A DNA stretch of 61,993 bases, filler included, from Sphacelaria rigidula (taxonomy: Eukaryota), in NCBI GenBank assembly GCA_964200075.2. It is 8 parts of 8 records of this genome, joined end to end, with 100 filler letters (N's around TTAATTAATTAA, not from the genome) between each part and the next. Parts side by side here need not be neighbours in the genome. Positions count along the whole stretch, not along the records: positions 31,051 to 38,711 come from CAXNAA020013883.1; positions 38,812 to 46,472 come from CAXNAA020013884.1; positions 46,573 to 54,233 come from CAXNAA020013885.1; 5 more parts are not named here. One strand, given 5' to 3'. A model generated the notes under the pieces. The model was not told where the DNA came from. It was given only the letters and a program-made list of their open reading frames with translations, and made no database searches. A program made the position numbers and the translations under genes. Below are positions 37,077-49,000 of this stretch, piece after piece (within the stretch, counting starts at the first letter, position 1; each line of letters begins with the position of its first letter).

Positions 37077-38402
37077 ATGGCGAAAATGGGGGTCAATCGA
37101 AAGTTACAGAGTGAGTGCTGCGCTCATGCCTACCTGTGTCGCCGTCGTTTTCGCCCACCGTGAACGGGATTGACCTGCTTTCTTCCTCATCACTCGTATC
37201 GTACTTACAGCGATGAGGTAGTTTATCCTTCACTGCGTACCCGCCTTCATGCCGCTCGACGCAGCTACTCTGGCTGCGCTGCATCACAGCTGGCGCCTAT
37301 GCGACATGTGCTGGGGTGTAGGGTATGCTGTATTTTTGTGTAGATTTCAGGACTGTGAGCCAGGGATGTGGACCAGCCTGAGTATGTAATCTCGCTTCCG
37401 CAATATTTCTTTCAAATCAGGAAGGTGCTGTCGGCCCAGTACCTGGACAGTGCTATGCTTCCTCGGTGCACTAAACCGTGGCGTTGTGATGCAGCACTGT
37501 CTAGTAGTATTCAAAACAGCACTTTTCGTGCTGTTTTGTACGTGCTGTAAGCCTGAGTTTTGTTTTGTATGGCGTCGTTGGTTTGGAGAGTAGCAGCCCG
37601 AGCGCTTGCCGGCCATCAAGTACATTCGCATTTCCGACGTACACTGTGCGAACAGGAATTCGTGAGCTTGGCTTGGCTGATACAAAATATGCGTATAAGG
37701 CAGGTTCCACCGCAAATGACAACGCATCATCTATCATCCTGTGGGGATAAAGACGAACATCGAGCAAGCGGACTCGGAGGTGAACCTGCCCCCTGCCCAA
37801 GAAAACATCACTACAGCCCCGGGGAGCTTGCAGGGCTTCGATTTATTAGTAGTGTATTTTGTAGGCGTGTGCGCGGTGCCATGTCCTCGCGGCACCCGCA
37901 GGAGGTTCATGGGTACAACGCTGTACCACGAGCATGGTGTGGAGGAGATCCATGGATATATTCAGAGACTAGAAGTCGACACAGTTTGCGTAGATGCACG
38001 AAGCAATCACAACAAACGAAACGATGCTCCCAACGAATTATACCCCCACTTGGTACACGATATATTCTCTCACCATTTCTAGTTGATCAAGTGAAGCATG
38101 TACGATGCAGCACTGCAGCATACATGAGAGTTTATACAAATGCTCGCTTGCACATATACAAGAACGACCTCGTTTATCGTTTTCTCTCCTCGTCTGCTCT
38201 ATCTTTGTTGATCCGCCGTGTGGGTTACGCTACCCTGTTCATTTTTTTGTGAATCACAGCGGAGATTGACCGAACGTTGAAGAAGGTGGATGAAGGCGTG
38301 GCGTTATTCGACGAGATCTGGGATAAAGTATACTCGGCCACCCAACAAAACCAGAAGGAGAAGTACGAGGGCGATCTGAAGAAGGAAATAAAAAAGCTGC
38401 AG
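37077..38402 (+). CDS. NOT3: CCR4-NOT complex subunit 3, first two coding exons (37077-37110, 38260-38402); rest off contig
   Basis: [59 protein letters not shown] is the conserved Not3 N-terminus; GTGAGT donor, CACAG acceptor; second donor is GC (CAG|GCAAG). Confidence 0.95.
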
Positions 38403-38575
38403 GCAAGACGATGAACACGCTCGACCTAGCATTCCACCGGCCCACATTTGCAACGAACGCATTCTGGCTGACTTACTGCTGTGCACTGCATAAAATACAG
38501 TTGAGAAGATGTGCTACTGAATATGATGGTTGGTGTATGCCACAACAGTCCAGCTTTTAACCGTCAGTCAATTTG

Positions 38576-38711
38576 GCCGGTCGCCCCAGTGGCTCAGTTG
38601 GTAACCTCGAAATCTTCTGATGGTTGAGTTATGGAGTTCGATTCCCGGAGCGATCTTCGATTTTTTCTTACATCATGCCCAACAGTGGAGAGCGACCATG
38701 TCGTGGGTACA
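38576..38711 (+). mobile_element. tRNA-derived SINE, 5' part (cut by contig end)
   Basis: A-box TGGCTCAGTTGG and B-box GAGTTCGATTCC, followed by the SINE body GGAGAGCGACCATGTCGTGGGTACA as at 1551-1575. Confidence 0.82.
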
Positions 38712-38811
38712 NNNNNNNNNNNNNNNNNNNNNNNNNNNNNNNNNNNNNNNNNNNNTTAATTAATTAANNNNNNNNNNNNNNNNNNNNNNNNNNNNNNNNN
38801 NNNNNNNNNNN
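38712..38811. other. Assembly linker
   Basis: N run with TTAATTAATTAA. Confidence 0.99.
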
Positions 38812-38905
38812 GTGGCCGGGCCCGGCATTGTAGGGTGGCGAGGGCACTGGTCATATGACTATGGCAGGCATGTTCACGGGGACCCCCCCCCCCCCCTCCC
38901 CCCCC
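38812..38905 (+). mobile_element. Poly(C)-tailed retroelement end, subfamily B
   Basis: CCCGGCATTGTAGGG..TGGTCATATGACTATGGCAGGCATG.. followed by a long C-run. Confidence 0.6.
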
Positions 38906-38981
38906 GAATCGAAGTGTGTACTTCGCGATCCATGACTGAGAGGCAGGGGCAGATTGCATAGATTGGTACCGCTGGAGCCAC

Positions 38982-41830
38982 GTTGTTGTTGTTGTTGTCT
39001 TTATATTAACCCTTTTGGGACCGACCCTTCACTAACATAGGGTTGGCCCTGTGTTGGTGAAATAATAAAAAACAAGTCTTCGAGCGACCTGCCCAATCAC
39101 GGCGAGGCGAAATTTATCGACCAGACCCGAACGACCAGTGCTGGGATTGTTGGCAAGTATGATGCCACTGTGAAGATCGTGTGGGGATCCTATCCCTGGC
39201 CCAGATAAGCCTTCGCAGGTTTTCAAGTACAGGGCGGTCGGAGCTTGGTTATATGATATGACTTGCACTCAGTATACCGTTCCCGAGTTTTCCGGTGTTT
39301 TTTTTGTCTCAATTCCCCACTAAAACGTAGTAATTTACACTCACACAGGGTCGACCGGAAAAGCCGGGACAGAGTGTACATGCTACCATGTGGTCATTTT
39401 CACCACGCCCTAAAACCAGGTGGGCTGTAGAAAGACAAAAGGATCTACTGTCATGAGTTCTGCTTATCCCTCTGGCGATGACTTGCAGGGTGCAGTGAAC
39501 AACTACGTAGTGGATGGGGTCAAGAAACTGTATATAAGCAGTTGATCTCGGTAGCCGAAAACTGCCCAGAACGTGCAAGGGTGTATGCAGCGGCAGCTGC
39601 TGCTTCAGTTGGAGAGGGGTACTACACTGTACCGTATACTATACTGTTGTATGCATGAGCGCCGCAACGCTGATTCCCTACGAAGAGAATTTGCCGCATG
39701 CAACAAGGGGGGGAACGGCAGCCCACCCCGACCACAAAGGGCTGTGTGGCAAGGTGATGGGGACAATAGCATCATCCAAAGCCACAAGTGGCGGGCGGTC
39801 CGCCGATCGCCGCATCCTGTTGGAAGCTAGCTCTTTACCACGACTCATACTGCTTGCTACATCAGATGTACACCACCTAATGCACACCCTGCACCTGAGA
39901 ATAGTTCGGATGAAACTTTCGGTCTTCGTCATAACCGTGCGGTTACATACGCGGATTTTCAGCAACACGCCACTGTTTTGTGCAGACGCCACACACGTCA
40001 TTCCTGACCAGCCTACTTGGTTGTTCTGGAGGCCCGGTCCCAAAAGGGTTAAAAACCGTTCCGATATCTGCGCAGTACTCTGTACTGGGCATCTGATGCG
40101 GACGCCTTCCGTGGAAACAGGCCGACTACCCCGAGCTAGGGTAAAATAAAATAATTAAATGGAATCGGACCCAGAAACATTTCCCACAGACGCGATATAA
40201 AATAAATAAAACTAAATAAAATAAAAATACTAAAAAAGAACAAAAGGAGGAAGGAAAAAGGAACTACTGCTAGCCCTCCAAGTTCCGATGTCATATGCGA
40301 CCATTCGGGCTACTGGAGGCAGCGCCCATTGGGCCACTCAACACGCGAGGCCAAACAGTGTGGGAGCCGAACTCGAGAGCCACGATCACCAGCCAAAGCG
40401 ATAAGAGTCGCAGGGTTCTCACCTTGTACCCCTAGAGGGACAGCTATGCATACGAATATACTAGGCATAACAGGAAAAACACCACATAACAACACACACT
40501 ACCTCGGGGGGAGGGGTGCGTTGGAGTCAGTAGACAGTAAAAGAAGAATACAGGGGGGGAGATGATGGGAGGTCCTGCCACTTCGGCCATTTTCAGTTCG
40601 GTACAAGCTGGTTACGCATTCTTTCATCTCCTTCCTCCTCTCCTCAAAGCTCCCGTTTAATCGCACGTAGTCGACTGGCCTCTTCCTCGATCTTATGCCA
40701 AGAGGTCATGAACCTCTCCGCTCCCTGCAGCACCCCCGCGCGCCATAGTATCCCCCCTTCCCTCTTCGCTGCTGAAGGCCAGAGGACACTTTCAACTCCG
40801 AAAGTCTGTCGTTTGTCGTCCGTAGGTCCGTCCGTGGCTCCGAAAGCTTGAAAATTGTCCCGCGGGCACTTCAGCCACTTTTGCTCCGGGCACCCCGGTC
40901 CTGGATCTTGCCCCCCCACGAGTGTTCCGAATTCCAGTCGCTTCGGTAGTCGTCCGTCCGGTAATCTAGCCAGGGCTCCCGCGAACAGCAGTCGCCGTTG
41001 CCGGACGATGGCTTCAGCACTTCGACACCCAGTCCTCTTGAGGGCCTGGGCGTATGACAACTGTCGGTTTGTGCCACGCACTCGGCGGGACCCGATAACC
41101 CGTAGAAGCAGCCGTTAGTGTGCCGTCCTTAGCAACCGGTAGTACTCGCTGCGCGGGGCCCACATCATGCATCCATCCAGTAGAGCCTCCGTCGCCTCTG
41201 CGTTCAGCAGTAAGACCTTGAGTTTCCACGGTGCTTTCGGTCGGTCAACGAGCTCCCGGGGAAAAATTCTAATGCATGCCCACGCGGCTCTGCTCCGGTT
41301 GTTGATCTCTTGTGTGAGGTCGCCATCTCCGGTAACGAGCCCACCCAAGTTTCGGAACTTTGTGGTTGGTGCGTTCTTCTGGCCCGCTGCTTCGATGACC
41401 AGTGGTGGTGGGGGTGGGGGTGGTGGCTTCCCCTTCTGCGGCGACTTTTTCGCTGCTCACATCAGTAGAGTCTCTGTCTTCTTCTCCGACACCGTCAGTC
41501 CGAAGGCTCCAAACACGCGTACTTTAACGGTCATCATCCTCGCCAGGTCGTCAGGGGAACTCGAGACGACGGCCGCGTCATCGGCATATAGCATTCCCCA
41601 CACCGCTCTCCGTACGCGTTCCAGAGGCGTCTCCGGTCCCCTCACCGTCTCCTCATCGAGGTATACCATGTCCTTGAGGATGATGTAGTCCCTAGTGAAT
41701 CGCACGAGAACTATCTCGAGCGCCGCAGCGAAAGTAAATAAAAATATTGAACAGTAGCGGAGACAGCACAGACCCTTGCCGTATTCCCCGGGTAACCTCG
41801 AAGCACTCCGAGAGCTCCCCGTCGACCACG
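38982..41830 (-). mobile_element. 5'-truncated, degenerate RTE-like non-LTR retrotransposon with (CAA)n tail
   Basis: RT motifs GIRQGSVLSPLLFNI, MLYADD, GLTVSEKKTE, KFRNLGG (FxYLG-like), then IVRQRRLLFAG..DGRLPKR; frameshifts and stops; 3' UTR ending in (CAA)n at 38982-38997; possible CCACGT duplication at 38978 and 41826. Confidence 0.9.
39010..40048. mobile_element. Non-autonomous piggyBac-type DNA transposon (1039 bp)
   Basis: TTAA|CCCTTTTGGGACCG ... CGGTCCCAAAAGGG|TTAA: perfect 14-bp TIRs, CCC/GGG ends and TTAA duplication; no transposase ORF. Confidence 0.9.
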
Positions 41831-42029
41831 TACTTGGGAAATCTGACTAAATCCTTGTATATCAATTGAACTGTCTACACCATTTGGTTTTCTATCGACT
41901 ACTGTTTCGCCCAGCGGGGTTTATCGCACCCACTGAGGCTGAGAAAGTGTACGTGGGATACCGATTGAGCCGCATACAACATGCCATGGAAATCTGGGAT
42001 GAAACGGATACACTGCACGAGCCTCTCGT

Positions 42030-42056
42030 CGTTGCTATTGCTGCTATTGCTGCTGC

Positions 42057-42093
<37 letters not shown>

Positions 42094-42094
42094 G
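42030..42094. repeat. (GCT)n(GTT)n microsatellite
   Basis: Visible run. Confidence 0.9.
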
Positions 42095-44317
42095 GCTACT
42101 TGTTGAGTTGAGGGCACAAAAACACGTGAAAATATATATTCGAAGAACAACCGAAAAAGACTTCTTGCCTTTTCCCGACGCCAACAATGGAGTAGCAGAT
42201 AAAACAGTTCTCGGCGAGGCGCCTGTGGGCAGAGCGCTTGATCGATCACTAGTTGAAAGTGTCAACCGTCGCCCCCAGGGGCTACGAAACGACGAGCTGG
42301 AGACTCGGTTCTACTCGGTTGATGTCAGTTTTTCCTCTAATCATTCATACGAGCAGACGTATGTTTTGCTCAACAGCTGGCACAACGTCCTCAAACATTC
42401 GCGTCGGGCAACGGACTCGTGGTCCAACACGCGTAGAAAGCATGTTTCGCTAGACTTCTGTGTGCGTGTGGTAAGCGACGGTATGATGAGGGGCTCGGGA
42501 CGGTACCACTACTCCCTGACACAGTATTAATAGTAGATGGCCCGAACTCACTCAGTAGAGACCCCTGGGTATGAAAAGAATGTCGGATGATCTGCATGAT
42601 AACTGTAGCGTAGACTATCGCGGGGACAAGTATTGTGTAGATCGCGTTGTGACATGGTGAAGATTTTCCGAAGGAGTAATTTCCGCCACTTCTCAGAAAG
42701 CTTCGGAAATGCGTTTGTTTTTGTCAGCGTAACTTATGTCAGCGCATACTGCATCTCATGAAGCTTACAATTTCTAAAAATCTCTATTTTCTCGTAGTAT
42801 AAAAACACTTACGCAACTCCAATTTCCCGATATAGATGCCGAGACGACAATGGTGGCGGGTCACAAGCAGAACAATTAGGTTGGCCAAACACACTTCGTA
42901 GACGATAGGCGATACTGCGAGTATGTACCTGACATCACGCGTCAAGGCAGCGCAATGATGCTAGATAAGAGTCGTCACGTCCACGCAGTGGCAAGCTATG
43001 GTCGTCTGAATTGACCTCTCGGCGTGTGTGGCTACTGCTTGGGTAGGGTCGCATATCTAGTATGTTCTGGCGTATGCACTTTGTAGTCCAGCATCTATGC
43101 AGGTTGTAAACAAGGACGTCCACCAGTGCACTGCTTGGAGTCCTCCACGGTGGTGGAATATACCAAAAATGGTGTTGTGTGTTTCTTGTCGTGGGGGTAG
43201 TCCACAGCAACACTAGCAACTACGATTTTGCGCCGAATTGCCAACACGTGATCAGCTACAGTATCAATAGTGGGAGCAGCACTCAGCAGGGAGTGAGGTT
43301 GTCACGCTGTTCTAATGCATCATTTTGTGGCTCAACATATGTCTGTCCTTTTGTCGTTTCGATAAACCATCCGGCGATGCTCGCGGTTGATCTCACAGGG
43401 TTGCATGCCTAGGGATGCCCATCCGTTGCGCAATGATCACGCCGAACAACGAATAGCTTTTTTAGTACCAGCAATGGACCAGTGCTGATTTCGAGGTGCT
43501 GTTTGTTTCAACGACACATGGTTGATTGTTTGCAGCTTCCACGCAGCATTGCAATATCTCGCCCAAGGCGTGTTTATCAGACCCGCGCGAGTTCCAACTG
43601 CCGGTGAATCGCGTAAATATCGCACCTTAATCCTTCCGCGTGTAGTGAAGGGATTTCTGCGTGCCCGGCCATACTACTTTGTTTCTGTGGTGTGGCTCAG
43701 CACGCTCGCCAAGTGTTGGGCGGGTATGACGTCCGACAATACTCCGGTCCGGTGTGTTTCTGATACAAAAGTGTGCTCCAGTTTCAGACGGGACCGCATA
43801 TATAGAAAGTACCACACTCTGGACAATGGACACATTAATAGTCCATTGCTTCAGTAATAGACGCGGGGGGAAACCTATCGATATATATATATATATGTAT
43901 CTTATTTATTAATAGCGTAATGTCGCCAGATCCCACACTGCCAACGAGTACGAGGGTGTCCGTTTTACCCATACTGTAGCCAAGACACAAATGATCATTT
44001 TCGGAACAGTAGTTTGTACCAGACTCAGACTAAAGAGGACAAAATTGTCACTCTTCTCACACGTCCTGCAGAACCTGGGCGAAAGATAAAGCTAGTCCGA
44101 GTTTAAACGGTCAAGTTTTAAAGATCCCCATGGAATTTGAAAACCCCGTCCTCTGTACAGCACCGATACGACGAAATGCACCCGTGCACAGTAATCCAGT
44201 GTTTGACTGAGAGAGGAAGTAACAGCAGCACTATACTATAGAGTACAACATGTACACTGTTTTAGCTCCTTCCACGGAATCGTCGTCCGCACACCTGTAT
44301 GTACAAGAGTAGCTGTA

Positions 44318-44890
44318 CAGCACCACCCAGGAGAATCACCCACGCCGAGCCCAGCATAAGCCGCGTCGTGTTTGCTGCGACAGTCGTCATCACATGTCGT
44401 CTGTACTACGTGTGATTTTCTTTCTTGCTCATGTGGTGCACCACACCGTTCGAACATACATGAAATAGTTTTCCAGGTTTTGTTCGCAGTCAAATATTCA
44501 AAGGCTGTATTGTGACTGGCGGAACCATCGCCTCCTGCTGCCTCTCTCAACAAATTGAAAAAGAGCATCTACGATATACAGTGCTCACCACGACACAGAT
44601 TATAAAACAGCACTACCCAGGAGCATCACCCACGCATCATCAACCGCGTCGTGTTTGCTTCAACAGAACAGCATAACAACATCTCATGAAGACTGTACTA
44701 TATCTGCTGTTTCTTGGTCATGTCGTTCACCATACCGTGGGAACATACATCGAGCGTATTACAGATTTTTGCCAGTCAAATATTCGAACGGTCGATTGTG
44801 GCTTGCAGCAGCATCACCTCCTGCTTGGCTCTCTCAACAAATTGAAAAAGAGCACGTGCGATTCAGTGTTTACCGCGACACAGACCATGA
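44318..44890 (+). repeat. Diverged tandem duplication of a ~290-bp unit
   Basis: Both units start CAGCAC.ACCCAGGAG.ATCACCCACGC and share CAGTCAAATATTC and CTCTCTCAACAAATTGAAAAAGAGCA. Confidence 0.85.
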
Positions 44891-45705
44891 AGTCCACAAG
44901 GGTATGGCGACTGTAACTTACGCTTCTGTTTGTTTCGATTGTTATGTGGGTGTCTGCCTGTTTGCTCGGGTGAGCTCTTGACCGAATAGCATGCTTCTTT
45001 TATTACGTTGCTATCTCCAGACCCCTCTCCGACTGCGGAGTAGTCATCTGTGGGAGAAGTTCAAAGTCACTTCTGTGTCGGCACTACGCCGTACTTACTG
45101 GCTGTACTGTTGTAGAGAACGTGACATGTACTGTTCGCTGTGACCATCAACTGCATCATACACCGACAACACTCCACGCACACAAGAGACGATATAATAT
45201 GAGTCCACCTTCGCTACACGCTGCCATGACGGACAGTAAATCCAATACGAAACTTCTCCCCGGTTGTTCGCACTGCACACATTGCTGACAGACTCTGCAG
45301 CTCGCATCGCACTGTCCCAAGATGAGCGCGATTTTCTTCACTGTCACGGGTGGTATTCACCAAACACCTGGTTATAGCTTTGCGCCTGGAGGTGGGGTCC
45401 CGCACTACAGCCCTTCCTGCGCCCGCGTTATCGCTCATTCTCCCACTATGTGTCACTACTTATCGACGCTACACTCTTGGCTCGTGGCGTGGTGTGGTTA
45501 CTCCTTTATGGCTGGCAATTGTGTACTGCATGTACCATCGATACGTATGTTCCATCATGCTTCATCATCGCTTCCTATTTTTGAGACCCGTGGTTATGAT
45601 TTCATCATCGCTTCCGACGGAAAGCGATTTTCAATACAAAAAAATGTGGTGATTGCAGCGTTGTGGTTTCCGAAGCCTTGAACGGATGAACTTTACCGTC
45701 TGCAT

Positions 45706-45830
45706 GTATATTGTGTGTTTGTGTGTTACTGTCCCATCTTTTCTGGACGCCGGTGTACACCATTCGGTGTAAGTGGGCGCATCAGTCGGGGTCACGCAGG
45801 AGGAAGGTCAACACAGGAGTTTTTTTTCAT
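45706..45830 (-). mobile_element. 3' part of the tRNA-derived SINE family
   Basis: Reverse complement TGTGTTGACCTTCCTCCTGCGTGACCCCGACTGATGCGCCCACTTACACCGAATGGTGTACACCGGCGTCCAGAAAAGATGGGACAG matches 1700-1790. Confidence 0.75.
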
Positions 45831-46472
45831 GTAAAACAAACTAAATCGTGTTGTTACTCCTTGGAATAGCTCTGGTTGTGTTGGGTTGTGTGGTACGCCT
45901 TTGCACGTGTGCCCCTGTCAACCAGACATATTACGTTTCCCGTCAAGGTGTCCGCAAATCCAACGTCAAAATAGGATTTCAGGAAGCGCTTTTTCTGCGC
46001 TTCATGAGGTCTTTTCTAAAGAAGGGATTTCTGGACACGTTTTGGGAATTTGTTTTTGGGGTGGCGGGTGGTATCGCAGCGACCACTCAGCGATCGTTTT
46101 TCAAAAAAACAATGTCGAAAAGGGGCTGATTTAAAACTTGATTGAACCAACAAATAAATGATCATGATCGACGCAGGGGTGCACGGGGAAACAAAATGCC
46201 GCACACGTATGAACTACTGTACCCTTCTATTTTTTGGACCCGCTCAGGGCACACGCGGCCATTTGGCTACCCCCCAAAAAGTGTCCGACCAAGCAGCGAT
46301 CGTTTTTATAAGAAGAGGATTTGAAAAAAGAGGGGCGAAATGCGGTTCGATGAGAAGGACCCTGGGAGAGTAGAGCAGCATGTTGCTGAACTCCTGTACT
46401 CTGCGTTGGTTGTTCTGGCTCTGCATTGAAAGTGTGATCCATGTCATCACGGTCGGGATGGTCACGCGGCAC

Positions 46473-46572
46473 NNNNNNNNNNNNNNNNNNNNNNNNNNNN
46501 NNNNNNNNNNNNNNNNTTAATTAATTAANNNNNNNNNNNNNNNNNNNNNNNNNNNNNNNNNNNNNNNNNNNN
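46473..46572. other. Assembly linker
   Basis: N run with TTAATTAATTAA. Confidence 0.99.
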
Positions 46573-46653
46573 TAGGGATGCGAGGTCAATGGTCTGATGA
46601 CTATGGCATGTATGATCATGAGTACACCCCCCTCCCCCCCCTCCCCTTCCCCC
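46573..46653 (+). mobile_element. Poly(C)-tailed retroelement end, subfamily B
   Basis: TAGGGATGCGAGGTCAATGGTCTGATGACTATGGCATGTATGATCATGAGTACA followed by C-runs. Confidence 0.7.
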
Positions 46654-46656
46654 TAC

Positions 46657-46862
46657 AATCAGAGCAGATCACATTAAATCAGGTCACATCAGATCAAATC
46701 AGATCACATCAGATCAAATCAAATCAAATCATACCATACCATATCATACAGCATTACATGATGTGATCTACTATGATATCATCATCGTATCAAATCGTAT
46801 TATGTCATATCGTATCATATCAAATCATATAATCGTACTCAATTCAATCCAATCCAATCAAA
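46657..46862. repeat. Degenerate pentanucleotide (ATCAN)n array
   Basis: ATCAG/ATCAC/ATCAA/ATCAT/ATCGT units in 5-bp register. Confidence 0.85.
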
Positions 46863-47104
46863 TGAAGCCAAGCGGTTCATCGTTCCCTCCCGACGTAATG
46901 AATGAATGAAATCGTCTGTCCGTCGCAACCCAACAACAGGGCGCACGAAAGAACCAAGTTGTCTGTTGTTTCTTGTCTGCTGTTTATTGTTGTCATCCTC
47001 CATTATTGCCTTTTCTTTTCGCTGTCGACGTCACCTCTGCTGTTTGTTGCTGCTGCTGTTGCTGTTGGCAATAAATGGCCTTCGCGACACGAAACAAATA
47101 GCAG

Positions 47105-47963
47105 AGCGGTGACGAGGCACCAGGGCGAGATCGCGAGGGCGAGCGAAACCGATCTGGTATTGGAGGAAGAGAAAGGTTGCCGACGGCGCTGTCTTCTAGT
47201 AGTGACGACAGTATGGGCGGCCACGCGCGTTTATCAGGTGGGCGGCGGCGGGGGGGTGTACTTATGATCTTGCATGCAATTTGTCATATGACGATTGAGC
47301 TCGCACCCCTTACTAGACGGAGCACCGTTCCTACTCCTAACAAAGACACCTCCAACGTTTCGGTGCTCATTGTGTTTCTTCCATGCATTACACAAAAACC
47401 TTGAACATATTTACCGTGGGCAGCGAGGGGGGGTGGGGGGGGGGGATGAAGCAGCAGGGGTCACCGCTGTTCGCCTCCGAAGTATTCATGGTTGATAATA
47501 CTATACTTGATTTTTAGTATGAACACCAATATTCGGATTTTTAGTGTGTCTGGCAATCCAGAGTGTTGCTTCGTAGCGTGCGCAGAATGCGTTCTTGGCC
47601 AAATCGACGGCGCCGATATGACGTCTGCCGATGCACAATTTTTGCAAGGATACCCTTCGCAGACCCGTCGGCCGATGGTTCTTGGTGTGCCTTGGCTTTG
47701 GGTCAGCGTTAGCGTTAGCATCAGCGTATTTTCAATAGTACATTAGTATTTTTACTGTCATCATTATCGTCATGGAATGACAAAATTCACAGGGGCGGCA
47801 ATGAAGCAGCAGTGGGAGGAAGCCATGGGCGGCACTGCGGCTCCCGAGACGCCATTGCGCGGCCATCGCCTCAGCAACAGCGTTGGCGGAGGGCTCAGCA
47901 TGGAGATCAGCGTGTCCTCGTCACGAGGGGGGAGCGCGGCGCCTGGACTCTTTTCTCCATCTG
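47105..47963 (+). CDS. Two internal exons (47105-47237, 47793-47963) of an unidentified low-complexity protein; possible last exon at 51637-51734
   Basis: SGDEAPGRDREGERNRSG..SSSSDDSMGGHARLS-G-AAMKQQWEEAMGG..APGLFSPS; TAGCAG and CACAG acceptors, GTGGG and GTGAG donors, phase-1 consistent. Confidence 0.55.
47250..47447 (-). mobile_element. LINE 3'-end fragment between two G-tracts
   Basis: Reverse complement has AACGTTGGAGGTGTCTTTGTTAGGAGTAGGAACGGTGCTCCGTCT (as in 54021-54066) and a subfamily-B-like terminus GCATGCAAGATCATAAGTACA-Cn. Confidence 0.75.
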
Positions 47964-48019
47964 GTGAGATGGGTAGGAAATAAGTGTATATTGTTTTCTA
48001 TCATCTCTTGTTCCTTTTC

Positions 48020-49000
48020 ATTTCCTTTTTTTTCCTATCCTTTTCTCTTTTTTTCCCTTTTTTCTTGGAGTCTTGTTTGTCATCACCAGTATCTTCGAAT
48101 GAAACCCTGAAATAAAAAGCGCGTTGGTCGTTCGGAGATGCGGCCTTTCCGGCTTCTCTGAAATGTTAGGACTTCTACTCTTGTTTTCCGCGGCGTCATA
48201 TCACACGTCGGACAGCTCATGATCTACCTTGATATATTACTTCGTATTAGGGTACCGATCCGGACATATATATATATATATATAAATATATATACAAGCC
48301 GCATGGGACCCGGGGCTGCGCCCCGGTCCCGTCCGTCTTTTTCGAGGGTCTCGGTATTCTTGCCTTGCCAAGCCCTCGTGAGAATAGATCCTCTCTTGAA
48401 ATGTTCATGCCCGCCGGAAACATTGCAGGACCACCGCGATCGCGCGTCCGTTCGAACGGTCGCGAAGGCATGTGTACCCTCGCACAGAGTAAAGTACGAA
48501 TCCGCTTACCGGACCTGTGGCATTGGCATTGACCCGAACAGTCATCTCCCGGGGCGGGTGCGGAGGAATTTTCACACTAAAATCAGCATTGAATCTCGTA
48601 GACGCCTCGTGACGAAGTATGCTTGACGCTCGTGAGTTCGAAATATTCTACATGTATATACTATATCTTCTTTCTTGACCCACGGATCGTGAGCTAGCTC
48701 ATTTCATTCCTTCTCCTACGTATCCTTTTCTCTTCTTTTCCTTTTTTTTTCGAGTCTTGTTTATCATCACCAGCATCTTCGAATGAAAATCTAAGAATGA
48801 ACGGCGCGTTGGTCGTTCGGAGGTGCGGCCTTTCCGACCCATCCCAAATGTCAAGAATGTTACCCTTGTTTTCCGCGGCGCCCTATCACACGTCGGACAG
48901 CTAGCTCATGATCTACCTTAGTATATGACATCGTATTAGTGTACCGATCCGAATCATTTTTTTTTTCCTTCCTTGACCCACGGGTTATGAGCTAGCTCAT
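48020..49000 (+). repeat. Tandem duplication of a ~290-bp unit; first copy interrupted at 48263-48666
   Basis: Both copies have GTCTTGTTT.TCATCACCAG.ATCTTCGAATGAAA..GCGCGTTGGTCGTTCGGAG..TCACACGTCGGACAGCT..GTACCGATCCG..CTTGACCCACGG..TGAGCTAGCTCATT. Confidence 0.88.
48295..48650 (-). mobile_element. Helitron-like non-autonomous insert in a (TA)n tract
   Basis: GC-rich hairpin GGGACCCGGGGC-TGC-GCCCCGGTCCC at 48305-48330 lies ~10 nt from a CTTG|T minus-strand 3' end; TA-rich flanks; no TIRs; absent from the second duplicate unit. Confidence 0.5.

Noticed and set aside
37560-38252. 230-aa plus-strand ORF
   Set aside because: Lies in NOT3 intron 1, non-ATG start, no recognisable domain.
38576-38655. 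tRNA gene (A- and B-box present; also at 1442)
   Set aside because: No cloverleaf or acceptor stem; continues into a repeated body seen in several copies, so it is a SINE.
38402-47963. Joining NOT3 to the exons at 47105-47963
   Set aside because: They are on different size-sorted contigs and there is no NOT3 similarity.
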